A DNA stretch of 64,000 nucleotides, taken from assembly GCA_030390025.1 (NCBI GenBank), contig CM059441.1:56234001-56298000 (forward strand), written 5' to 3'. The stretch comes from Squalus acanthias. Lineage: Eukaryota. This document shows, in pieces, positions 1 to 12,256 of the stretch. The notes under the pieces were generated by a model. It was not told the origin of the DNA. It saw nothing but the letters and a program-made list of their open reading frames with translations, and made no database searches. Made by a program: the position numbers and the translations under genes. Numbering within the stretch: the first letter of the stretch is position 1; each line of letters opens with the position of its first letter.

Positions 1-59
1 CCAGGGTGTCGCGGAGGGAGCTGTCCCTTTTGAATGCTGAAAGGGGAGGTGAGGGAAGG
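1..59 (-). mobile_element. Penelope-like fragment, inverted relative to the adjacent copy
   Basis: Positions 1-59 are an imperfect reverse complement of ~721-779 (ttcccctcacctcccctttcagcattc...ctccctccgcgacaccc). Confidence 0.75.
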
Positions 60-81
60 GTGGATATTGGAAGTAAAGTGA

Positions 82-1240
82 ATGAACTTTTCTAGCCTTT
101 TCATGGGATATGTGGAACATTCTTTGTTCCAGTCCTACTCAGGTCTCCTCCCTCACCTCTTCTTCCGGTACATCGATGACTGTATTGGTGCCGTTTCCTG
201 CTCTCGCCCTGAACTAGAAAAGTTCATTCACTTTACTTCCCATTTCCACCCTTCCCTCACCTTCGCATGGTCCATCTCCGACTCTTCTCTTCCCTTCCTT
301 GACTTCTCTGTCTCCATTTCTGTCGATCGGCTATCAACAAACATCCACGACAAGCCCACTGACTCCCACAGCTACCTGGACTACACCTCCTCCCACCCCG
401 CTTCCTGTAAGGACTCTATTCCATTCTCCAAGTTTCTCCGTCTCCGTCGCATCTGCTCTGACGATGCCACCTTCCATACCAGTGCTTCCGACATGTCTTC
501 CTTTTTCCTCAACCGAGGATTCCCCTCTACTGTGGTTGACACGGCCCTTGACCGTGTCCGTTCCATTTCCCGCACTTCTGCTCTCACCCTTTCCCCTCCC
601 TCCCGGAACCACGATAGGGTTCCCCTTGTCCTCACCTTTCACCCCACCAGCCTCCACATTCAACGGATCATCCTCCGCCATTTCCGCCACCTCCAACGTA
701 ATCCCACCACCAAATGCATCTTCCCCTCACCTCCCCTTTCAGCATTCCGATGGGACCGCTCCCTCCGCGACACCCAGGTCCACTCCTCAATCGCCCCTAA
801 CAGCTCTTCCCCTTCGCCCGGCACCTTCCCGTGCAAGTGCAGGAGATGCAACACCTGCCCTTTTACCTCCTCCCTTCCCACTGTCCAGGGCCCCAAACAC
901 CCCTTCCAGGTGAAACAGCGATTTACTTGTACTTCTTGCAATTTAGTATACTGTATACGCTGCTCACGATGCGGTCTCCTCTACACTGGGGAGACCAAAC
1001 GCAGATTGGGTGACCGCTTTGCGGAACACCTCCATTCAGTCCGTAAGGGTGATCCTGAGCTTCCGGTCGCCTGTCACTTTAATTTTCCGCTCCACTCCCA
1101 CTCTGACTCTCTCCGTCCTCGGCCTCTTACACTGTTCCAATGAAGTTCAAAGTAAGCTTGAGGAACAGCACCTCATCTTTCGATTAGGCACTTTACAGCC
1201 TTCTGGACTCAACATTGAGTTCAACAATTTCAAACTATAA
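82..1240 (+). mobile_element. Penelope-like retroelement, 5'-truncated RT + GIY-YIG endonuclease, frameshifted near 1110
   Basis: FFRYIDD RT motif, LPFLD, KPTDSHSYL..S.HP, Cys cluster CKCRRCNTC, GIY-YIG-type NLVYCIRCSRCGLLYTGET..RF.EH; C-terminal EQHLIFRLGTLQPSGLN continues in ORF 1010..1240. Confidence 0.92.
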
Positions 1241-1323
1241 CCCCTGCTCCCAATTTTCATGCTGTATGATTTTGCCATCCCCATTTGCAACATTCTTACC
1301 TCAGCACAGTACGTTCTTTCAAT

Positions 1324-1581
1324 NNNNNNNNNNNNNNNNNNNNNNNNNNNNNNNNNNNNNNNNNNNNNNNNNNNNNNNNNNNNNNNNNNNNNNNNNNNNN
1401 NNNNNNNNNNNNNNNNNNNNNNNNNNNNNNNNNNNNNNNNNNNNNNNNNNNNNNNNNNNNNNNNNNNNNNNNNNNNNNNNNNNNNNNNNNNNNNNNNNNN
1501 NNNNNNNNNNNNNNNNNNNNNNNNNNNNNNNNNNNNNNNNNNNNNNNNNNNNNNNNNNNNNNNNNNNNNNNNNNNNNNNNN
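1324..1581. other. assembly gap (N run)
   Basis: Run of n characters. Confidence 1.
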
Positions 1582-1750
1582 ACCTGCTTAATATCTATTA
1601 CATCTCCAGCTTTTTTCAGTTCTGATGAAGGGTCACAGACCTGAAATGTTAACTCTGTTTCTCTCTCCACGGATGCTGCCTGGCCTGCTGAGTGTTTCCA
1701 GCATTTTCTGTTATTTCAGATTTCTAGCATCCGCAGTATTTTGCTATTAT
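1582..1750 (+). mobile_element. Penelope 3' terminal (pLTR-like) segment
   Basis: Closely similar to 35290-35425, which follows the second Penelope GIY-YIG fragment. Confidence 0.8.
1618..1654 (+). ncRNA. minimal type I hammerhead ribozyme (Penelope-associated), one stem III substitution
   Basis: AGTT-CTGATGA-A-GGGTC-aca-GACCT-GAAA-TGTT-AACT: core CUGANGA and GAAA, stem II GGGUC/GACCU, stem I AGUU/AACU. Confidence 0.65.
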
Positions 1751-2239
1751 ATCCCTACTTTAGTGTTGTTTGTTCCTATTTTCTTCCCTTGTCACCTGAA
1801 GGTGATGACTCTTTAGCATCTAGTGTTGCTGATGAATATAGGTATAAGACTGTGAATTTAGTACTAATTCATCCTTAATTGTGGGCAGTTTTCTCTTGTT
1901 CTGGTCACTAGGTTGAGACTACCAAAAGTCCTTTTTACAAGAAGCTATACAGCCAGCAGAGAGAAGTAGTTTTGATGTAATCAGTATGAACTGGATTTAA
2001 AGGCCCATCAGACAAATTATTTTGGTCTATAAGGGTCCAGAAGGGTCTATGAAGACCCTGGGCTTCAGCAGGAAGCCAAACTCAAAGGGAGCAGGTCTGG
2101 AGATAGAGATATAATTCCATAGCCTTTATTTTATATGCACACTCCCTTCAAATGTGGATTCTGTGAATTTGCCCTATAATTCCATCCTAAACAGCCAAAT
2201 TCTGCCTCATATAAATTCTTAACATGAGCCCCAAGAACT

Positions 2240-2560
2240 CAGTGGGTGAATGCAAGTCATAGTGTGATGCTGAGTCTTCCAGGTAAAGAAGATCCGGATT
2301 TAATTTCCTAATCTGTGTTCAGTTCGTTGGGGCAGTAACGGGGCACTACAATTGGTCTCGGTAGTCCTGGGTTAAGGAGTGGAAAATCTACTGAGGGCTG
2401 TCCATTCCTGCTGGAAAATGTGGACGACAGTGAAGAGACAGGATCTGGCTGAGTCTTGATGTCCTCCCACTTTGTTAAATGTCCTGCCAGTACTAATTAT
2501 CAAGATTATGTGAACAGTGGTTATTTGGATGTGGTGCAAGATGGTTGCTGGAATCTATGG
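2240..2560 (+). mobile_element. old SINE, LF-SINE-like (related decayed copies ~23760-24010 -, ~24920-25210 -, ~29150-29400 +, ~36330-36570 +, ~47900-48230 -)
   Basis: Recurring ggcactacaattgg...cctgctggaaa...gacaggatc core in several copies; family name is from memory of the consensus, not a search. Confidence 0.4.
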
Positions 2561-3252
2561 AATTGTAGCTCAGCATTAGTTACTGCCTTCAGAAGAAAAA
2601 GGGAGGTGGGGGTGAGGAGGGGCCGGGGGGGATTGCTAACAAAGTAATACACAATACTGCATTAAACTAGCATGGAACTGAATTTAAATAAATTGAAGTT
2701 TGGGGACCAAGAAAACATGTTGAAGGTTCTTCATTTGATACCAGAACACTTGACGATGGCTTTTCCTCCTTGCAATTAATAATTCACAATTAGTAATTGC
2801 TATGGCTAGAACACATTGCTCAATTGTTCCTGGCTCGGCATCTGATTCTGCTTACTTTGTGTCTTCAAGTAGCCACTCAAATAACAGATTGATGGTGGTC
2901 TTGTAGTTGTGGCCTGGACCTCCTAGCTGGAGATGCCTTGCATGTGTGGCCTGTAAGAGAAGTAAAAAAAATGAAAATATTAACCTGATGTTACCAGCTA
3001 CACTGTAGTTTATGAGACAATAAAAACCAAGTGTACTGGCAGTGTGCCAGGACCACAGGTCAAACCATTTAGCAGTAACGCACAAGGGTTCTTTGTGTTT
3101 TTTAGATGATTCTATTATTTCATAAATACAAGATAAATTACACTGAATAGGGAATTTACTGGAATATAAGCCAGAGTGCCATAAGGATAATGGAATCTAT
3201 AAGCCTGAAGGATAAGTAAAGCACCAAATACCACCAAAGCTGCCTTCACAAG

Positions 3253-3439
3253 AGTCGCTGGGTCAAAATCCTGGAACCCCCCCTACTGAACAGCACTGTG
3301 GGAGCACCTTCACCACATTGATTGCAGCGGATCAAGGAGAAGGCCCACCACCACCTTCTCAAGGGCAACTAGGGATGGGCAATAAATATTGGCCTTGCCA
3401 GCGATGCCCTCATCCCGAGAATGAATAATTAAAAAAAAA
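3253..3439 (+). mobile_element. 3' tail fragment of the LINE family at 18633-20237
   Basis: gctgggtcaaaatcctggaa...caccaccttctcaagggcaactagggatgggcaataaat...poly(A), the reverse complement of 18640-18810. Confidence 0.85.
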
Positions 3440-4654
3440 GATGTTTGGCTTCTCTTCCGTGCTAAATACCCTTCTTCCTCAACAACTTAGCTCTCTCAAG
3501 TCGAAGACATTTATGCTGCTCCATATCTGGGGACCCTTCTAGCAACCATCAAACAGTATACAAGAAAAAGCTGCCGTCTGAATGACGATCCCTCAATCAC
3601 CTCCAATCTCGCTGTCTCCATCGCAGTCTTTTTTTGTCTTTTCTATTTTATTGATACTATGTTCACTGCTCTATGAACTTTCCTTCTAAGCTCCAAATAT
3701 GCTGATTTACACACTGTTTCTCCTTTTGTGTTGTGATCATCAGTCATTGCAGTCTCCTACTCTTAACTAATTTATTCCCAGGGATTTTTACCTCTGAACT
3801 CCTTACCTTCCTCGGGCTTTTAAAACCCAAATGTAGCATTACCTAATTACTAGCCTTTGATTTGCCTTGTCCTCTCTAACTGTATTAAACGTTGGTAGTA
3901 TCCTGTACCATGAGTCTTGGCTCATCAGCTACATTTCTGACAAAGAAAGTCTCTGAATGTTCACTTTTTCCTTCTTTCACTCAGTGGAGCTTATTAGGAA
4001 GCATTCTCTTTAAATTCTCTGATTTGACTGTCTTTTTTCTACTTAACTGTAAGGAAACATTAACAAAATTATCTGTTTAGCATCAGAGTGTGCTCCATTA
4101 TTTTATAAAAGAAACGGTGTTTGGCAACTCATTGCTTTGGTTAATATCTCCAAGCTGGAACCTATTTTTGTATTACCCAAGTGCATCAATTCAGTAGAAC
4201 TTCCGCATCAACATTAACCACCAATTTATAATACCCCCTGGTGAATCTCTCCTAAGTCTTGTCAAACTTGCTGCGATGGTCTTCAACTGCTTGCTCATGT
4301 TTAAGGCATTGGTTTATGCCTAGATGAGCCTGGAATATCAATGTATGGTGTCTGTCACTGTGCATACCCTTTCAAAAGTTTCATACTTACAAATTTCACT
4401 TTACGGTTTTGAACTGTCTCAATTTTGCTTCTGTTGCACTTCTCCTTGAAAGGGAACAATTGATAGAGGTTAGCAGTAGTTAGCTTCATTTTATCCTCCA
4501 GGATTGAGCTCTAAAAATTAAACCAGTCTGCAATTTCAGGAGGTAGAAGATCACCAAAGATGGAGGAGCGATCTCCTTGGAGGGGACATCTCTTCAACTG
4601 TTTACACTTGTTCAGAGTCTTGGTTCTTGTATGTGGCCACTTGCAGTGCATTAT

Positions 4655-4834
4655 GGCCTGAAATTTGGTCACGCAGCTGCCACTTTTCGGGCGCTAAATG
4701 ACCTCCTAAGCTGCCAATATGGCGGGCAGGAAGTGCATGCTCATTGCAGCCCCAATATCGGGTGCACCTCGGGACTCACCATTCAGGCATGGAGATTGGC
4801 CCCTGCGCCCTCAGCGTGCCTGAACTTCTAGGCC
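4655..4834. mobile_element. short PIF/Harbinger-like MITE
   Basis: Imperfect terminal inverted repeats GGCCTGAAATTT / AACTTCTAGGCC with a GC-rich interior; TSD not preserved. Confidence 0.5.
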
Positions 4835-6766
4835 AAAGTGTAGTCCGTTTAATCTTTATCTTCATTTAATTATTTTTACAAACCTCTTATTTTATTGGTC
4901 AATTTAGTCTACTCTCAATTCTTTTGTAGTGCTTCTCCCAAAAAGGTACTGGCCAGTTTGTACATTGACTACTCCTAACAGAATTATTCCAGCTCTAACA
5001 CAAAACCAATCTTTCAAAAAAAAAATGGACAAGCAAATTATAGATGAGAGGTAAATGGTCCAGCACTGGAGAAAAGACAAAAGTGAATGGAGCAGTACAA
5101 AACAAAAATCTAACAGAGGGTTTAGGTAGTACATCCTGCATGAGTTAAGAATAAAAGGTGAACAAGAGGATTGCAGAAATGCACAAGGTGATTTGTAGGA
5201 TTATGAAAGGATATTTTTAGTGCCCAAATACTGAAAATGTGTGGTGTTTACCCAATCATGCCTTTGCTGGCTGCTTTTGGGAGATAGGAGGGACTACTTC
5301 AAATGATTCAATCTGTGGGGCCAATGGGGACTTCTTTGTGGTTAAGATACTTCCAACAAGGCTGACTGCCATAGCTAGGTTTACCATCACCTTTACCATT
5401 CTAATGTTAACGAACATATTTCTTGCTTTTAGATGTAGGTATTACCTGACTGTATCCTGTTGTGCTTGATTTTCTAGTATAGGATATCAGCTTAGCTTGC
5501 CATGTGTTCATCATTGTGGTTTATGCTTTGTCTTTGTTTAGCTTAAGCACAGTGGACCTCCCATGCTCACCATTCTTCATTGTTTAAATTCACATCAGAA
5601 TCGAGTCTCCATTTGAAACCAGAGGCTGACCACTTTCCTCAACCCTGGTGCAACCAGCAATTTTCAATTTGAAGTCAATCAAAACCAGCTTGAAATGAAT
5701 TCAGTATTTGGTTTTTTTTTAAATGAAATTTTGTTTAAATGAAGCTTATGAAAGTCTGACCAGTATGATTATAAAAATAGCCAATATACGAGGCATTATT
5801 CTATTTTATTGAGGGCTCTATTGATCTGGCAATATGGATGATTGACTCAGCTCTAGATGATTTTGGTGCTCGACCCTGTAACCACTAATGTAAAAAGTGC
5901 TCTGGTTGCTTTTTTCTCCGTTTTGTTTTGTTTTCAAATAATCACATACTTGTTCCTTGGATCTGACCCACAATACAGATACTTGCTTATCCAGCCTAAA
6001 GTTGTTAAATGACAATTTAGCCTGCAAGAAGCTAACACTAGTTGTAATGATCATTTAAGCATTAGAACGGTGACAATTTGCTTGCCATGGTTTCTGGTAA
6101 AAGTTTTTAAGGAGATCGTGAATAAAATAATCACATGAAGCTTTATGTTCAATTGTATGTAATTTTGTTGTAAAGCTCTTGTGTCTGTAATGTGCATATT
6201 TAACAGTAATAGCCCTGTTTTGCCGATTATGCAGGGCTGCTCTGCTGAAAGCACCATCACGAAACAGATCATTCAGTGATATTGATGATCCAGTTGGGGG
6301 TGGAACTTATTCCACGTCAGGTCCAAGACACTTCCCTTCATTTAAACTTCGTGCTAGAGACCTCCGTTTAGAATTTGTTCTGTCTTTAGATTTGAGCAGC
6401 TACAGTCTAACCCTTCACGGAGCACCAGTCTATATTCATGTACATTAACCGCAGATGTTACGGTACTCTGGATATATCGCTGGAATCAGGGACTACGGAT
6501 CAACAGTTCAGAAACGATGCTAAAGAGGGTGCAGGTGTGGCTCTGAAGGAAGTTTTGGTGGTTGTTTTTGTTTTTATTCTTAAAAGCTCATTCCAATTTC
6601 TAGTGTTTCAGAAATTGGACAATTTATGTCCATAGGCAACTATACCATGTTACCAGTTTGAATGGGCTTGGGATTCAAACATCTCCACCATCCCGCAGCT
6701 TATTATCCTATGCTGTGTCTATTACTTGGGATACTGATTGCTAACCATGTGCTTCTCCTCCTGTAG

Positions 6767-6906
6767 GCTTATTCCAAAAGATCAGTATTTCTGTGGTGTG
6801 CTTTATTTCACTGGCAGTGATCTTTTTAACAAGAACATGAGGACCCAGGCACTGGAAAAAGGCTTCACATTGAATGAGTACACCATTCGCCCATTGGGAA
6901 GCACAG
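6767..6906 (+). CDS. POLB: DNA polymerase beta, penultimate coding exon (human exon 13 equivalent, 140 bp)
   Basis: ctgtag|G...G|gtag splice sites; encodes (R)[46 protein letters not shown](G), with the Pol beta YFTGS and NEY motifs. Confidence 0.97.
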
Positions 6907-7016
6907 GTAGGAGATGAATGATAGTGGAAGCCTCGGTGTTATTACGAGCTTTGAATGGCCCTTTACTAAATTGATAAAGATTCCTGTTTGAAAAGTATCG
7001 GTCAAATGCAAAGTAA

Positions 7017-7707
7017 GGGGGAAAAATTCGGTTGCTTTGCGCCTCCTGTTAGTGCCCTAAGAGGGCTCTAACGGGGCGCAAAGCAACTAGCGCCCGGGCG
7101 CGGCGCCGCCAACGCCTCCCACAAAATTCAGCGGGAGGTTAGTGGCGACGGTAACCGTTAGCGCCCCGCGGCGCTGCGCTGCTGGCGATGATGTCATCGC
7201 CGTGCGCAGCGCCCCAGCCGCGATCTTCGGTAGCGCCCCCTGACTTACCGCCCGATGCTATGTCCGACGGGGTCAGGGGGTCCTACCTGCGGCCGGGGCG
7301 GCGCTAATTAAAGGTGAGGTGCCGGGGGGCCGTTTTTGTTGCTGGCCACCTGCCAGCACCTGCCCCCTTGCCGTCTCCGGCCTCCTCTGCAGCACCCCCC
7401 CCCGGCGGAGTGCCGCTGCGCTCCATGAGCCCGGCACTTCTCTTGAGTGCCGGGCTCTTTTGCCGGTACTCCGATCCCTGGTGGCCCAGCTGGGCTCCGG
7501 GTCATGCTGCGCAATGCCCCTCCCCTTTAAGAAGGGGAGCAAGGCCTGCAGTCGCGTGGCGCTGCAGTATGCAACGCTGCGATATTCCCTCGCAGCGCCC
7601 CAAGAGGGAGGCGGGGCGCTACCAATGAATTTCGGCCGTGGGGGCGCTCATTTTTTCGGGGCGCTAAAAGTAGCGCCCCAAAGGGGGCGCGACTCAATTT
7701 TCCCCCC
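7017..7707. mobile_element. PIF/Harbinger-type MITE with TAA target-site duplication
   Basis: TAA (7014-7016) | GGGGGAAAAATT ... AATTTTCCCCCC | TAA (7708-7710); CpG-rich interior with repeated tagcgccc/gggcgct subterminal motifs. Confidence 0.85.
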
Positions 7708-8929
7708 TAAATCTCTAATATTTAATGATAAACCCCATAATGTTTCTGGTAACATGATCAGTATGCTTCAAAAATACTTTTGATGGACGAACCTTATTAA
7801 GCAATTGTATAAGTTCGGCATTATTGTCGCCTTAATGGGGTGTTTACAACTAATTTACCCTTTTAGTGGAGTGAGCCATGGGTGTCTGAAGAAAATATTG
7901 CTTTGTGCTTACAGATAAATCAAATCAGCTTGTGCTTTTATTGGTTAGAAGAGACAAAAGTATTCAATTTTAAGATATTTCACAAGTTTTATTTTCAAAT
8001 CAAATGTCCATGGTTGATTTGCAGAATGTGCAAAGCTGTAGAGTCCTATATAGTGATTTCGGTTAATATTTTATCAGTGATTCTCACACGACATTCAGAA
8101 TCAATCTGGGTTAGGAAAGCGACGTAGCCAACACTACCAGTAGCATTAGCTATTTATTTATTTTGCAGTATTATTTTAGTGTATGTAAAAAGGAGAGAGA
8201 GAGCAAGAGAGTTAAAACAATGAGGCAAAATCAATAAATAATTAACAAAATTACCAGTGTTGGCAATGCTGGAATTTGGTGTAGATCTGATTGGGGAAGA
8301 GTGGCAGGATTGTGATAGTTAACCTAATCTGTAACAGAACAAAATCAATCAAATATAATGCCTGCACAACTATTACTGGAGCCTATACAAAATGTATATG
8401 CTTGGCTTTACTTGACTGTTCTGCTGGAGGATTGTAGAAAGAAAAACAGTAGAGGTCCACTTTTATCTTCTTCTTCTGTCAAAGGACTTGGAGGTTTAAA
8501 GATGAATTCTGTCCGTGTGTCAGAGGTTGCAGAAATTAAGATTCAATCAAATTGCCATATTTCTTCTTTAGACTTCTTCCTGTGAGGATATTGAAGCACC
8601 AACTACAATAAAACATTTGGTCCCGGCCATGGCCCAAAATGCCTCACCTCTTTGGATTAAGAAAGGACTATCCTCAGTCAAGCTGTTATTCAATAACTAT
8701 GGGGAAATGGTGCCAATGGAAATTATACTACAAGGTTGAAACACGACCTCATCCAAAAAAGTGTGGGAAGTCTTTGAGAAGCTTCCTTCAAATAAAGGAA
8801 ATGACATGCAGATGTCCAAGTTACAACACAGAAATAGACCATTCATACCAGTGTACCTGTGCAATGCTAGCACTTCAACTAGAGCTATCTATTCTAGTCC
8901 CATTTCCCTGCCCTTTCCCCATATCGGGA

Positions 8930-9763
8930 GCAATGAAGGATGAAGCAGTGCAGTGCAGTGACCAAAGGCAACTGTTGAGGACTAGAAGAAAGAATATCCA
9001 CCCTCTCCTTACTGCTCTGAAGCTGCAGGTCTGGATCCAAGAGGTGGCAGAGTTCTGTGACCACCTCCTTGGTGAAGCAGAGCCTTCGAATACACGGCTC
9101 CTGGCTTAAGTGCAGGTAGGAGAAGTGCTCTCTGAAAACCCTAGGTGGGTAAGGCCTCCTGCTGAGAGCCCTTCACCCCCTCCTCGTCCCTCTGCGAGTA
9201 GCTTGTCCTCTTCTTTGCTGCCTCTGCTTCATCTCCTGTCATGCTACAGTGCGAGGGGGACTGCAAGTAGAGCCCCCATGACTGGGAGCAAGTGGTCTGA
9301 CAGAACCCTTGAATTCAGAATCGAGGCGTTCTCCATGTGCTGCACCACTCCCTGTCACCTCACCAACTTTCAATAACTGTAGAAAGCTCCAAACAGTTCC
9401 ACAAACTTACACAGAGCCAGTAGAAATCAAAAAGCAAGTTACCTGAAAGTTGTTGATGATCTCTTTAAATATTGCTGGTGACAGTCCCTCGTGCAGCTGA
9501 ACGCATATTCAGCTGTGCGTGCTTTGGAGAAGGCGTGCAGTCGAGCAGCCACGTCCAAATAGCAGGTCATGCGTCAAATCAGCATTGCCCGCTGAGTGCC
9601 ATCACGATCTGCCTCATTTGCAATCTTCTGCCGAATGCAGACAACGGCCGCGCTACCGACCTACCCAAAATGACGACTGCCGTGGCCAGAAGTGAGGTGG
9701 CTGCCATTTTTCTGCCAAAACCGGCCTTAAGTGTCGGCGCTAAGAGGGGGAATTTCACAGCCC
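8930..9763 (-). mobile_element. Harbinger DNA transposon remnant (5' end plus transposase N-terminus)
   Basis: Minus strand 9157-9008 reads RPYPPRVFREHFSYLHLSQEPCIRRLCFTKEVVTELCHLLDPDLQLQSSK, resembling Harbinger/HARBI1 transposase N-termini; upstream in-frame stops; TIR-like GGGCTGTGAAATTC at 9763; left boundary approximate. Confidence 0.7.
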
Positions 9764-9835
9764 GAATCTTCAACATTTCTTCATTCAAAGAAATCTTGGA
9801 GTGAACTCGATAAACATGTCTTTCTGTGGTATACT

Positions 9836-10542
9836 GGCCCAGATATTCCGATCGCAGGCCTCCCGCGATCTGGAAAAATCTGCTCCCGGGACGTGCACAA
9901 TTCTGATGCTGGGCCTCTCCAATCTCCAAGTGCGCAGGGCCCACGTATGCCAGAGGCGCAGGTAGTTCGCAGCGTCCCTGGGATCACGTGGGCCATGGGG
10001 AGCCAATCACAGAAGGGAATCTCCCTTCATACATTTGACAGGAAGACCTGTCAAATATATGAATGGAGATCACCCCCAAAACAGTAAAACTTTAAATCAA
10101 TTTTTTTTTAAATCACATTTTTAAAATGACTTGAAATTACAATAAATTAACTATTTTAAACAAAAATTTTAATTTTTGAAAAAAATGACTAAAGTTTTTT
10201 ACAAGTATTTTTAAATGATAAAGCAGTGAAAAAATTTTTTATTTTTTTTTTATTTACTTTTTTCAACTCTTATCCTGGTAAAAGCTGGCCTTATGCCTGC
10301 TTTTACCAGGCGTAAGATTTGTCAGGGTTTTCTGCGGGCGGAGGATCTCCAAAAAGCGGAACTATCCACCTGCAGAGGCCCTATTCCCGGGCAGCCGGAA
10401 GATCTGTCAAGTGCTTTCTTGACAGATCGGAAATGCCAGTTTCCAGCGCATGCGCTGTGCATGCCTGAAACCGGCATTTCCGATGTCCCGACGGGTGAGT
10501 ACACAGCGCATACCCACCCGTAGGGATCGGAATATCTGGCCC
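9836..10542. mobile_element. PIF/Harbinger-type MITE with 18-bp TIRs and ACT TSD
   Basis: ACT | GGCCCAGATATTCCGATC ... GATCGGAATATCTGGCCC | ACT; GC-rich arms with an AT-rich centre. Confidence 0.88.
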
Positions 10543-11261
10543 ACTATGTTTTTGATTACGGTGTAAAAATAGGTTTACAATCTTGAGAGGTAATGCCTGC
10601 TTGACTTTGATGCAGTAACTTAATATAAAAATTTCTTACCACTCAGTATGAAATTGAACGGTTTTGTAATAGGTCAGCACTTATAGGTACAATATTGCAA
10701 GTTGTAATCTAATTGAAAGCAGTCAGGTCTGTGTTAGCATTTCAAGAATGTATCTTCATACATCTGGGAAGAGAAATTCAACTCCCAGCCAACCACTTTC
10801 AATCAGCATTAGACCTCCAAATTTTGCATTGGTTACAAATTATCAAGTCTGTCTCCAACCCTACTGGGGAGGTTAAAGATCCTTTGTCTTTGGAAAATCA
10901 TAATGCAGTCAAGCAGAGTCAGCATGGTTTTATGAAAGGGAAATCATGTCTAACAAACTTGCTGGAGTTCTTTGAGGAGGTAACGAGCAGGGTGGACAAG
11001 GGTGAGCCAGTGGATGTGGTGTATTTGGATTTTCAGAAGGCATTCGATAAGGTGCCACATAAAAGGTTACTGCATAAGATAAGAGCTCACGGAATTGGGG
11101 CTAATATATTAGCATGGATAGAGAATTGGCTAACTAAAAGAAAGCAGAGAGTCGGGATAAATGGGTCATTTTATTGTTTCTCGAGTATCTGTGGTGTAGC
11201 AGAGACTGCTGGCATAAATTAACTGAAGGGTAAATAATACATTTTTAATTAATTACATAGA

Positions 11262-12218
11262 ATGGGAGAGCAGGTGATGTGTTACTGCTGCAATATGTGG
11301 GAGCTGGTGGACACCATTGATGTTCACGGTGAACACATTTGCAGTAAGTGTTGGCTGCTCGAGGAACTCCGGCTCCGTGTTGATGAGCTGGAGTCCGAGC
11401 TTCAAACACTGCGACACATCAGGGAGGGGGAGAGTTACCTGGACTCCGTGTTTCAGGAGGTAGTCACACCAATTAGAGTAACTAATTCAGAAGTAGCCCG
11501 TGGTCAGGGACAGGAAGGTGTGACTACGAGTGAGGCAGGTACAGGGATCCAGGAGGTAGTGTTGGAGGAGCCGCAGCCCTTGCTCTTGTCCAACAGGTTC
11601 GAGGCTCTTACTCCCTGTGTGGATAGGAGCGGGGACTGCAGGGAGGATGAGCAACCTGGCCACAGCACCGTGGTAAGGGGGGCCATTCAAGTGGGGGGAG
11701 TAAAAAGAAATGTTGTAGTGGTAGGGGATAGTATCATTAGGGGGATAGATAGGGTTCTTTGCAGCCAAGAGCGAGAGTCCCGAAGGCTGTGTTGCCTGCC
11801 CGGTGCCAGGGTTAAGGACATCTCCTCTGGGCTGGAGAGAAACTTGGAGTGGGAGGGGGAGGATCCAGTTGTCGTGGTCCATGTTGGTACCAATGACATA
11901 GATAGGACAAGGAAAGAGGTTCTGCTGAGGGAGTTTGAGCAGCTAGGGGCCAAATTAAAAAGCAGAACCTCGAGGGTAATAATCTCTGGATTACTACCTG
12001 AGCCACGAGCAAATTTGGCTAGGGTAAATAAAATCAGGGAGTTGAATGCGTGGCTCAAAGACTGGTGTGGGAAAAATGGGTTTTGCTTCTTGGGACACTG
12101 GCACCAGTACTGGGGCAGGAGAGAGCTGTTCCGTTGGGACGGACTTCACTTGGCCAGTGCTGGGACTAGTGTCCTGGCGAATCGAATAACTAGGGCTGTG
12201 GAGAGGGCTTTAAACTAA
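11262..12218 (+). CDS. CR1 ORF1: zinc finger/leucine zipper + SGNH esterase domain
   Basis: CYCC..W...HICSKC, heptad Leu stretch LEELRLRVDELESELQTL, SGNH blocks VVGDS, LPGA, HVGTND, DGLH. Confidence 0.93.
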   Translation: MGEQVMCYCCNMWELVDTIDVHGEHICSKCWLLEELRLRVDELESELQTLRHIREGESYLDSVFQEVVTPIRVTNSEVARGQGQEGVTTSEAGTGIQEVVLEEPQPLLLSNRFEALTPCVDRSGDCREDEQPGHSTVVRGAIQVGGVKRNVVVVGDSIIRGIDRVLCSQERESRRLCCLPGARVKDISSGLERNLEWEGEDPVVVVHVGTNDIDRTRKEVLLREFEQLGAKLKSRTSRVIISGLLPEPRANLARVNKIRELNAWLKDWCGKNGFCFLGHWHQYWGRRELFRWDGLHLASAGTSVLANRITRAVERALN

Positions 12219-12256
12219 TTATTGGGGGGGAGGTTTCAAGAGAGCAAAAAATAAAA

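Noticed and set aside
1215-1670. ORFs containing X runs
   Set aside because: Artefacts of the N gap
1750-6766. Search for POLB exon 12 (GVCQL...RRIDIR)
   Set aside because: No matching exon seen; probably upstream of the window or in the gap
7273-7783. GC-rich ORFs or a CpG-island promoter
   Set aside because: They lie almost entirely within a TIR/TSD-bounded MITE; no recognisable protein
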